Positions 12,868 to 23,700 of a stretch of DNA of 64,000 bases are shown here, one piece after another. The stretch is taken from assembly GCA_904063045.1 (NCBI GenBank), contig CAJFCJ010000028.1:935230-999229 (forward strand). Direction: 5' to 3'. A model generated the notes under the pieces. The model was not told the DNA's origin. It made no database searches and was given only the letters and a program-made list of their open reading frames with translations. Positions within the stretch are counted from its first letter, which is position 1. Each line of letters opens with the position of its first letter. Origin of the DNA: Dimorphilus gyrociliatus. Taxonomy: Eukaryota; Animalia; Annelida. A program made the translations under genes and the position numbers.

Positions 12868-14202
12868 ATGATTCAATTAAAGCAGTTAGTTTGTCTGTTA
12901 TCCTTAATTTCCTTGGCGCTTGTTGGTTATCTGTTCACTCATTTGGAATCTAGAATCTCTAAAAGACGAGCTAAAGAGTTTATATTTAGCGGAGAAACGA
13001 AAAAATTAAAATTTCAATCAATGAAAAATGGTGAATGGCAAACGTTGGAAAGGGGAGAAAACATCATCTACTTCCATAGGGCACTCTACGATTCGAGAAA
13101 TTTCTCTAGATTTTCTACTCCGAGTATTACTATGTATGCCTTAAGTAATACAAGAGATCCTAGGGAAGTGAGCGGAGTTGTTTGTACCTATATCCTACGT
13201 AATCAAACGGTAACTGAAAAAGCCAAAGTTTTACTATTTACAACAGCATATAGATATAAAGAGACCCATCTACAGGAATACGTATTCAATTGTCCAGTGT
13301 CGAAAGTTTATCCTATCCCAACATATATTTTCCTAAAGAGAGATAATTCTACGGCTACTTTAAAAATTGAAATTCCCTATTCCGGTTCAAATGCAATAAC
13401 CGTTTGTGTTCCATTCGTCTACGGTTCCATGGATAGATCAATGGTAACTGAATGGTTTGAATATCAAAGATATTTTGGTGTTGATGCAGTGGAATTGGCT
13501 GTTTGGCAAGTTTCCAACGACTTATTACAGATATTTAAATATTATGAAAGCATAAATTTTCTTACGTTAACTATTATTGATATACCTTACAAAATACAAC
13601 TGGATCAGCCTAGTAATCCGTTACATCCTAGCAAAAAACCATTCTATCTAAAGGCTTTTATGCCAATACCTTTAAATGAATGCTATCTTATGAATTCATT
13701 AAGATCAAAATATGTTCTCTCCCTGGATTTCGATGAATTTATATTTACAAACTTAAATAAATATCCAAAATATACGGATCTCTTGAAAGCTTATGATACA
13801 AAACCAACTTTCGTTAATTTAATTGTTGGCAGGATAAAAGTTGATGTCACTTGTAAAGAAAATGAAAAGACCGAACATTTCATCTTTCAACATAAATATA
13901 GGCAGAGACTTTCGGAAATGAGATATTTAGATAATCCTAAATCTTTTGTTAATACAAAAAATTGTCCTTTTATAGGAAATCATTACTGCGTATGGCGATG
14001 GGAGAAGAGTCAAAAATACTATCCAAAAGCGAATAAAGTTGATGCTTTCGTTGCTCATTATAGAAAGCAGAAGACTTGCGGAAAAGAAGTAAATAAATAC
14101 GTTAAAGATACAACAATCGACAGAATTGAAGGCAAATTAAGTGAACATTTTAATATTGTAAAACAATATTTCAAAACTAAAAGTTTATTATCATATTCCT
14201 AG
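12868..14202 (+). CDS. Glycosyltransferase family 92 (DUF23) type II membrane protein, single coding exon, 444 aa
   Basis: N-terminal TM anchor; TVCVPFVYG, EWFEYQRYFGVD, LNECY...SKYVLSLDFDEFI (DxD motif), PKSFVN and HY motifs typical of GT92. Confidence 0.88.
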   Translation: MIQLKQLVCLLSLISLALVGYLFTHLESRISKRRAKEFIFSGETKKLKFQSMKNGEWQTLERGENIIYFHRALYDSRNFSRFSTPSITMYALSNTRDPREVSGVVCTYILRNQTVTEKAKVLLFTTAYRYKETHLQEYVFNCPVSKVYPIPTYIFLKRDNSTATLKIEIPYSGSNAITVCVPFVYGSMDRSMVTEWFEYQRYFGVDAVELAVWQVSNDLLQIFKYYESINFLTLTIIDIPYKIQLDQPSNPLHPSKKPFYLKAFMPIPLNECYLMNSLRSKYVLSLDFDEFIFTNLNKYPKYTDLLKAYDTKPTFVNLIVGRIKVDVTCKENEKTEHFIFQHKYRQRLSEMRYLDNPKSFVNTKNCPFIGNHYCVWRWEKSQKYYPKANKVDAFVAHYRKQKTCGKEVNKYVKDTTIDRIEGKLSEHFNIVKQYFKTKSLLSYS

Positions 14203-15167
14203 GAAAACAAGCAAAAACATTAAAATAAAACCATATTAGTTTATTTAAAAACAAAGTGAAAAATCATCTTCATTTGTTAATAGAATCATAAAGAACGTTT
14301 GGAAATAGAGAAATATTGAAATTTATTGATTAGTTATTTAATATTGATAAACGAATAAGATAACCATCTCTCTTTAACTTACATATTTACGGATATTAAC
14401 TAGATATATTCAACAATGACTATCTGAAACATCAATTCCAGATTCATTAAACGAGCTCTGGTCCCTTCGTCTATACTTTGATACTCTTATTTTCTTCCCT
14501 TATAATACTAGAAGATGTTGCCCTGCTACCTTCATCGTCTATGTTGATGGCGTGTTAGTGTCCAGTAAAAACTCGTAAGAGTTTATACATCATCCGCACA
14601 TCATATTAGAGAATAGCCTTTTCTTCCGGGTGTATTAAAACCTAAGTTAAATAATTTATGCTAGAGAGATTGCTATTGTCCCTCTATGGAAATAATCAAG
14701 CTTTATCTTAATAAAGATGGACCACACAATTTAGATATCAATTGCCTCAAATAGTCATTTTGTTCCATCAATCTACAAAAAAGAAAATGATGGTTGACCT
14801 ATACGTTATTGGTTTTCTTCTAGAATCATAAATAAGAAGCTTATTTTCCTTAATAGAGAATTATGACTTTCAAAGTCAAAGACACCAAGTTCTATTCTTA
14901 TTACAATGAAAAGATATAGAAAAGTGTATATTATATATTTATAGTTAAAGTTACTATAAGTAGGACAGTGTCAGCTACCTTATATTATCTTATGTATTAC
15001 TAATTTTAATCAGCACTTATGGTTCTTAATGCAAACAAAGCCTATAATTGAAGTCACATTTCAGCCTTTTCAAGGAGATTTAATACTTTATTTTTCATTC
15101 TTAAAAGTCTATCTGAAACTCGGTTGATTTTTTCCGATACAACATTAAATTATCTTATTAAACAACT

Positions 15168-16822
15168 ATGGAAAGTATTAGATTACCTTATAGCTATTTT
15201 ACTAAAGAGGAGTCATGCTTTTTGGCAATAGATGCAGGTGTTTATATTTATAGATATACATAAATATGTTTATCTCTTCGTTTCTAACAACCTTCCTTAA
15301 CATGTAGGTTGTTCATTAACCAAACTTGCATATGTGAATAAAAATGATTGGAATGATGGAATAAGCAATCAAAAGGTTTTTATATCTTTTCAATTATTAT
15401 TTTACATAATTTTTTCATTATTCTTCTTTATTTTATAGAATAAACCGGATTTCGTCAATGTGACACTCAAAGTGTACGATTCAAGTGAAGATCCAATGAA
15501 TATTATTCAAGATGTAGAAAAGATTATTGCTAAAGGATCGTGTATTAATTTATGCGGAACAATGCTGTCCAAATTTTTAGCTCCAGTTGAAAAATTTCTA
15601 AATATACGGTCGCTTATTGATTTACAATTATAAAAACTTATTTATAAACAACTTCTATTTTTTAATAGATGTGTTACTATATCTGAATTTGATTCGATTG
15701 GATCAGCGTTTGCAGCTTTAAAAGATGAAAAAGATATCTTCGAACATAATGACAAGGATGTGATTGAGGACGCTCAACGACACTTGATTCCAATGATACT
15801 TGCTTTAGCTCCTTTCGGATCGTATCATTTGAATAATTGGGATGAAAATAGCGAATCCAAGACCATTGAGTTACCTTGCATGGTAGCAACTATTGGAGCT
15901 AGTTGTCTGTACTTTAAAGTAATATTTCTCGCCATTATCTTCATCTATTTAATATAATATTCAGTAATATACAGTTATCTTTATAGTTAGATAGTGAAGG
16001 CGAAATAACTCCAGTAGACGGTAGTATGTTTGCTGGTTCAACTCTACTCGGTCTCGGATCATTATTAACTGGTTGTAAGGTATAAAATCAGCAAATAGAA
16101 CAAATATAAAAAAAAGACATTTTAAAAATAAATTCATTTATTATGTTTTTTTCCCAGTTTTAACTAACGAAACATTTTCTATATTTACTTTAAAAATAGA
16201 ATTTCGAAGAATTAGTTCAATTAGCCGAAGCTGGTTCGAATAAAAGTCTAGATATTTTTAGCAGAGAATTAATATATAATTCTGGGGATTTTCAACAAGA
16301 TTTTATGCCACCGGATTGGATCTCATACGCTTTTGGAAAAGCTAAAGGATGTAAAATAGGTAATCCTATTTTTATCTATGATAATCCTTGAAAATTCTTT
16401 TTTTTTATATTTTTTCTCTCAATTTCTTCTACTTCATTAGAAGATTTTAGCAAAGAAGATCTTGCAAATACATTAGTTAATAGCATTCTAATGAATATAA
16501 CTCATACATGTCACATGTGCGCTCAAACTAACAATTTGACAAGAATTTATATTGTTGGAGGACTTTGCATGAGTAGATTAGTCAGAGATACAATAACTAG
16601 AGATATTGTATTACGTTGTGGTCTACGAAAAGGAAAGGTAGCTTTTGTTAAATATACAAATACATTTTTAATATTTATTTTTAATATAAAACTATTCCTC
16701 AGGCAAAAAAAATAGATGTTTTCTTCCTTAAACAAGCCGTTTACTTCCAAGCAATTGGAAATCTTTTGTATAACGATTGCATTGAAAATGAAGCAAATCA
16801 GACTAATAATGACGCTGAATAA
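15168..16822 (+). CDS. Divergent type II (eukaryotic) pantothenate kinase-like protein, multi-exon
   Basis: Spliced translation gives AIDAGCSLTKLAY (cf. DIGGTLVKLVY), SEFDSI, MVATIGAS (cf. LVNIGSG), GSTLLGLGSLLTGC, NFEELVQLAEAG, FSKEDLA and VFFLKQAVYFQAIG; ATG 15168, TAA 16820-16822. All introns read are GT-AG and frame-consistent. Confidence 0.85.
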
Positions 16823-17435
16823 TTTCTCCTATATTTTCTTCATTCTCTCCTCTTCCACCTCCTCTCTTTCCAGTATGATCGAAAAGAAGAAAATCCCATT
16901 AATTCTTAATAATTTAGAATATTTTCAATGAATATTTATGCTATCGATCCTTTTGCATAATTAATAAAAGATGTATCGTCAACATGTACATTTCTATAGT
17001 ATATAGGAGTAAACAACAGGTAATTTTTTGTCTGCACTAGTTTATGCAAATTAATTCCAATTAATAGATGGATTAAGCTAAGAGGGAATGTAACATTTAT
17101 AAAGAAAGAGGAAGGAATAGAGAGAATAGGGAGGAGTTGGGTGACGTGACAGGGAGGATAGAGATAGAGGAAGGGAAAGTGAAAGAGATGTTAATTTAAT
17201 AAAATAATATAAATTGTTAACAAAATTTAAATCGAATAGCCATTTCATCTAAAATAATTCATTAGGAAAGAAAGAAAAACAATACAGACTAAATAAGGAA
17301 CACATGGCCTGTTTTATAGTTTAATATAGAAATATTTTTTATTGTTGCTTTTGAAAAATCATTAATTTTTAGTTAGTCAACTTTTACCAGATGTTTATAA
17401 TTTTTTATTTCATTATTAAACGTTTCAGATTTACC

Positions 17436-17597
17436 ATGGCTTTGATTCTGACCATAGGAATTGCTGCCGCTTGTGCAGTAGGGATTTGTGGAGTTTTTGG
17501 TGCATTCTACTGGATCTGCTTTAAAATTAGAGGAACTAATCATCGAGAGAAAGTTAAAGCTTTTGCTAAAGTAAACAACAGGACAAGTATAGCTTGA
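17436..17597 (+). CDS. Small single-pass membrane protein (53 aa smORF)
   Basis: tttcag acceptor at 17428, then accATGG. MALILTIGIAAACAVGICGVFGAFYWICF is one hydrophobic helix, followed by a basic tail KIRGTNHREKVK. Confidence 0.55.
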   Translation: MALILTIGIAAACAVGICGVFGAFYWICFKIRGTNHREKVKAFAKVNNRTSIA

Positions 17598-18058
17598 AAT
17601 GAAGCTTTTAAAGATTATATCAACTATAACCAACTATTTGATTTAATTAAGTATATACAGTAAATGTTGTTAACATTTTCACTTTTCTAGAAAAATGTAT
17701 GGTTAAGATTATCATATAACCACAATGCTCAGTTCTAAGCAGTATTTAATCAATTCGAAACAAATGGAACTATAAAATAAACTGTCAAGAAAAATTTTGA
17801 GGCGTCTATTTATTTATTTTTTTGAAGTTTGTACAACAAAATGATATTCTAATATAAGAAAATGTTTTCTTGTTTTGTTTCGATGCTATCGTCTTTCATT
17901 CTCACTGAAATTGTTATTCTGAAACCATCCGGAAAGAAACCTTTCGAGACACCTACATACTGGCACCTTCAACGTCTTCTCTTATAAACTTTCTCGATCT
18001 CTCGAAACACCATAACATTACAATCGTTTCGAGCCTGATGTAATGATGATTTTGTGCA

Positions 18059-18073
18059 ACAGTAGGTGGCGCC
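18059..18073 (+). promoter_or_regulatory. CTCF-like motif
   Basis: ACAGTAGGTGGCGCC versus the bilaterian CTCF core CCASYAGRKGGCRS; it lies in a locally GC-richer intergenic island. Confidence 0.5.
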
Positions 18074-18927
18074 TATAGTATCATCAGTTTCCTAACTACC
18101 TGATGTTCCAGAAACGTTAGTCGAAGTTTATCAACTAATGGTTTTCAGTTGAGAAAATGGAAAAGTTGTATTTTATATCTCTAACGAGATTAATTAATAA
18201 GTCTTTTCTCTATAATTTTCGCTTTTCGTATTTTTTCGGCCTATTTCCTGCTTTTTCGTGTACAAACAACTGATTTAATTTCAAAAACATTGTAAGCTGT
18301 TTTTTTCCCCTTTTTTTATGTATAAGTCGATGTGGGAAAGAAATAAAAGACAAGAAAAAAAATCTTACATGACTATAGAATAATAAATTAGAATCAAGAT
18401 AAAGAATCAAAATTTTTAATACAAACAAAATCTGTACTCTCTTTATAAGTAAAAACAATATGTGTAGGCTTATGTCAAAAAAGAAAAAGAGAAGGAAATA
18501 AAACGACACTGGAGAATTTAGATGAGGCATTTTAAGAAAAAAAACTACTTAAAAAGAATAAAATCATAATAAAAAAAAGAAGTGAATGACTTAAAAAGCT
18601 CTTTTAAGATTAAGTAAAACAAAAACAAAACAAGAGAGAGAAATTGGCTAACTTATAGAAGAAAAAAATAGATAAGTCGGCAGAAAGAGAGAGAGAGAGG
18701 AAGAGTAGCAGCAGGAGAGTGGGAAAGATAGGGATGGAAAAAGAGAGGAAAGAGCCAAAAGACTGAATCCTATATAAATGATAAAGGCTCTAACAATTAA
18801 CGGAACTTTCGCATCTTTCTTCCTTTCCCAACCCCAGCCCCCTCTCGCTCTCCTTTTTTCAGGTCTGTCTTACTCAAATACACCCACACACACACATATA
18901 TATACATATGTATATATATGCTTTCTT

Positions 18928-18930
<3 letters not shown>

Positions 18931-18958
<28 letters not shown>
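18931..18958. repeat. (CT)n microsatellite just 3' of the RING-NHL gene
   Basis: Direct read of the tctctc... run. Confidence 0.85.
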
Positions 18959-18963
<5 letters not shown>

Positions 18964-18998
18964 CTATCTTCTTTTCTCTTTCTCTCCATCAATCCTCA

Positions 18999-20298
18999 CT
19001 AACATTCGATAATCCAAATGCGATTCGATCCATTTTCGCTGCAAACTATTCTTGTTTGTTCTTTATCTAATAATCTGATAAAAAATGGTTTAAAACCAAG
19101 ATGTAAATCATCTATTTGCTGCCATTCGTCTGAAAACAGTTCAATTTTTAATCTATCGCTACATCCCAATAGTATTCCCTCGCTAGTTGAATATATACTA
19201 GAGGGAGGTGTTTGAGAATGGAATCTCCTTCCTGGGAGTCCACTGCTTATATCCAGAGATTCAACTTGTTTGTTACAATTGTCGATTAGATATAGCCATT
19301 TCTCTGTGGGACTAATAGAGAAAGGATTTCTAAAATTACATCTGGAATGCCAAAGTATTGCTTGACTTGAATCAAAGCAGTACACCACGTAAGGGCAACT
19401 GACAAATAATTTTTTGTTGGAGGATGCTATAGCTAGAGGCTTTTCTACGGATACCCACAAAGAAAAGCTTGGTTGCCCATTAGATGTCCTCAAAATTCTA
19501 CTTCCGGTATAGTCGGAAACAAATAGGTCATCGTCTTCTTCGCAGACACAAGTCTTAGCTGTGTTCATCCATATAACGTCTCTAATAAATTGTCCATCCT
19601 TGGAATATTTACTAATTAAACTCTGACCCTGAGGGTGTATTCTAACTATTCTTGAAACAAAGATGGCATTCTTTCCTACAAAGATATCTTGTACTCTAAC
19701 ACATTCAGTGACGAATGAGGTCATCTTTGGTGGTTTTTTAAACGGTTTTACTATCAATTAAGAAAGAAAATAATTTAAAATTCCAATATTCGTTTTAATA
19801 GAAAATTCGCCGAAACGTACCTTTCATAACTTTACCTATAGATACAAAATTTTCTGGTCTAAACCAGCAAGAATCTGGTATTATTCTTGATTTAAACAAA
19901 CTTCTCACGTTAGACCTTAATGTCTCAGCTTCATTTTCAATCTGTAATTTGACTTTTTGCAATTGTAAATCTATTTGCTTTAAAACAACTTCTTCTTCTT
20001 CGTGAATTAGTCTAACTCTATCTGTACCTTCTTCCTCGTAAATTTTCAACTTTCGGGCATTCTTAAGTGTTCTATTGGAAGTAAGAGCGTCTACCCCACC
20101 TGGTAAAACCTTTGAACGAAATCTACACGTCGGACAAGCCAGAGTTTCTTTACCCACCGCTGCTATCATACTCTGCAAACAATTTCTGCAGAAAGTGTGA
20201 CCACACTCCAATTGTTTCGGGTCGTTTTCGTACCATGATTTTAAACAAATTGTACATTCTGTAAATTCTTCAGAAATTGTTATGAGTGTTTGTGCCAT
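18999..20298 (-). CDS. RING finger (C3HC4) + coiled coil + NHL-like beta-propeller protein (TRIM-NHL-like), 2 coding exons (20298-19821, 19750-18999)
   Basis: ccaccATGG start at 20298; CTICL...LECGHTFCRNC...CPTCR RING; phase-1 intron gtacgt...gatag; C-terminal repeats KPLAIASSNKKLFVS and NPFSISPTEKWLYLIDNCNKQV resemble NHL blades. Confidence 0.82.
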
Positions 20299-20753
20299 GG
20301 TGGGCAATGGGGCTGAAACTGACACGGGATAGTTACTTAATTTGAGTTATACTTATTATTGTATTATAGGCCTAATGAGTCTCCAAGAGTTAATTACTGT
20401 TCTTTTTTATGTTTAGCAGAGTAATAAGGTTAATAAATGTCGGAGAAAAGTTTCCTTTCTTTTCTTTTGTTTATGTAATAAAATTACCCTTTCTATCATT
20501 CTCTGTTAAATTCATTAATTAGAGTATCTAAAAGTAATAACGAAGTATAGATGAATAAAGAAAAAATGTCGATTTAATGCCTTGTATTGATATAGATAGA
20601 ATAATCATGCAGAGATATCTACAAGAAAACAAGGCTATAACAAAAAAATTATTGCAAAAATTAGGAAAAAATTTTGATTGGTTGAACTCTAAAAGTTTCA
20701 AGGGAACGTTGTCGGTTGTGCTCTTTCTTAAATTATTGTATAGTTTGTCACCT

Positions 20754-23700
20754 CTACCATAATTGTACTTTTTCAAAGTTTGACTCCTTCCTCGTCTCCC
20801 AATATTTTCCATTAAATGAATAGCTATCCTGCCCTTCACTTTTTTGGAACCATTTCGGTTTATACGTGATATTATCCATTTCCCTTTGCTTCCTGCGTTC
20901 TCGTTGCAATTGTTCTAATCTAATTTTCTCACTTTCAGCATCTGATATTCTTCCTTCTTCCAGAGCTCTTTGGTCTGGTCTAAATCTTGTGTCCGTCGGC
21001 GCATAATTTGAATCGTGCACTTTTTCAATTTCATTCAGTTCAATGGCAAATCTTGAAAAATTGAAATAATGAGTCGAATCCTCAGGTAAAGTTCCAGGAC
21101 GCCATATACAACGAGCAGAAGGTGCTTTTCCACAATAAATTCCTTCATTCCATTTTCCAAATATTTCTTGAACAACTTCACCGTTTTCATTATGAATTGA
21201 GCCTACAACTTGGTGCCTTTTGTCTTGCCAGAGACCACCCTTAAAGTTGAAGTATAAATATATTATATTGTATCTATCTACACTATTAAGTTATGTATAC
21301 TTTTTTAAAGAATTTAATTTTAGCATGAACGCCAGTTGTTGAAGAAATGTGAATAACTCCTTCGTGTTCAATCCAACATTCACCCATTAAGATATTATGA
21401 ATACAAGTTTTAACTTTATTCCATTTATAATGGTCCTTAAATCTATAAGAGAAGTAAAAATATAAGCATATAGTATGTTAAACATTAGACTAAAATGATA
21501 TCCTTTTAATGAACGTTTTATTGATCTTTAAATTTTAATACATACTTTGGTATAATTAGATTTATCAAGCCAGTAGGTTCTACCTCGCAAGAGCGGCCAT
21601 AAAGTTTCATTTTAACGCAAACATCTTTAATAATGCAAATATGTATATATATATTTAAAATTTTATTGACCACTAAACGAAAGATAATTTTTACCTAGCC
21701 AATAAATAAAATTCTTTGAGGTGCAATGAGCTGCTGATATAGGTGGATGGTGGCTGACCTGTTATGAAAAGATTTCCGTTTTATCATAAGCTATTATTCG
21801 TAATTGTTCTTTTTAAAAAAGGGATGGGAAGTCTCTAGTGAAAAGTACTCTTCTTACATTTATGAACAAAATAAAAAGATCGTCTTGGTTCGAACTTTCA
21901 TCATTTGAGATATATTAGAAAATGTAAAGGATGTTTTTTAAACATACTTATAATCAATATAATGCTTTAAAGAGAGAAGAATAATGAACCGACTGATTTA
22001 GGTACTTGTTTATAGACAATTATTAACGCGATAATATACTGTATAACTAAGTAACTCTGAACTTATAAGAACGGTTGTGCATCTTGAAATATAAAAGAAA
22101 CAATAGTCTGATCAATACTATCAGAGACTTCATAGCCTATATAGTATAAGAAAACCATTGTTTATTATATACATCTGCAGTAAAATCGAAAAAGGAATTT
22201 AAAAGGTCATTTCGTACTTGCGAACAAATTACCTATTTTCAATGTTATAAACAGCATTCGAGTAAAAATAGTTCCGTTAGATGTGTCATTTTATAAAAAA
22301 ATTTTATATACGTGCTACTTATGTATTAATCTTGTAAAATTGAAATATACATAGAGTAAGTGAGATCACGTTATATAACCGTAGTTTTTGTACATACCTG
22401 TTCAGAAATAAATTTCCAGCCCATGTCCTCTCTAACACATTCATAAGTCTCTCCTAATAATGGATTAAATGGCTTTTGTTTTGGTCTATGAAATGTATAA
22501 GCATAACAACTTATACTAAATGCAGCTACTAAGACCTGTAGGAGGGAATTGTTAAAGTTAAACAAAGAGAAAATTATTTCTTTTCGAAAGTATACCATTC
22601 TCTCAATTGGATCTTCGGTAGAAGCAGCTTTATCCAATAAATCAGAATATTCAAGTTCCTCACAAAGTCTCTGTTTAAATTAAGGAAAAAACAACATGAC
22701 AATTGCTTGGAAAAATTCGATTAATCTATTTTACGTACTTGTAGAGCTCCAAGTGGTTCGTTTAAAGTAATTGGCATAGAAATCTTAGACAGATCTCTGC
22801 CCATATTATTTCTTAAGATGCCCCATATATTAGCCCCAGTAAATGTCTGCCTAACAGGTAACTTAGTTCTTCTTCCCGTGCCATGATTAGGTAAGTCATC
22901 ATCAACTAGAAATTCAAAGCAAGTTTTTTATAATAGTAATAATTGGAAATTCTAAGCTCTTACCATCCAAGCCCATTCTAGTTGCGGCATCTTCATCATC
23001 AGACTCTGTTCCTTCTTCTTCTGTATCATCTGATGATTCTGCTGATGATTCTCTCAGAGATTCTTGAGCATCGTAGAACTCTGCCAATGATGTTGAATCC
23101 AATGACATTGAACCAGTCAAAATTTTTGTTTGCTACACGAATATTTGATAAACGTTTCAGTATTTGTATAAGAAAGGAAGAATAAGGGAGAAAAATCAAT
23201 GAACTTACTCTGTCAAGGGTAGATACTCTTGGTTTGAATTTATCAGCATCGATACTAGCTTCAGCTTGTATTCTTGATAATTTTAAAGTTAGCTCTTCAT
23301 TTAAAGCAGTACTCTATTTGTTTAAAAACGTAGAATTCAATGAAAAATTCAGATAACTAATAATTTTCATCTGAGAAGTAACACTTACTTCATTGAGAGC
23401 TTGTTTCAGGGATGTTATCATTTGATTGTTTGATTCCATTGTAAGATTCTCATCGTTCTCTAGAGCAACCTTTAATTTTTCCTTTTCTTGACCAAGCCTC
23501 TTGAACAAAGAATTGAGCGAATCGTGAACTGTAAAAATACATACGTATCAAGGAATAGTCTATAATTGTTTTTGAAGTACATCGCCAGATGTAAAGAGAA
23601 AGAAACATACTGCATAATAACATTAGCGTAAAATCTCTTATTAAGACTAATATCAATTTATTTTCGATTGAATATATATATACATGTGGAGTATCTAACT

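Noticed and set aside
14430-14800. GC-richer stretch with short minus-strand frames between GT92 and PanK
   Set aside because: No frame over about 40 codons with a start or consistent splice phases; probably UTR or intergenic.
17850-18100. Minus-strand frame with an in-frame TGA (…KRRR*RCQY…) suggesting selenocysteine
   Set aside because: No ATG or upstream exon, no SECIS recognised and no selenoprotein-family similarity. The local GC is better explained by a regulatory island with the CTCF-like site.
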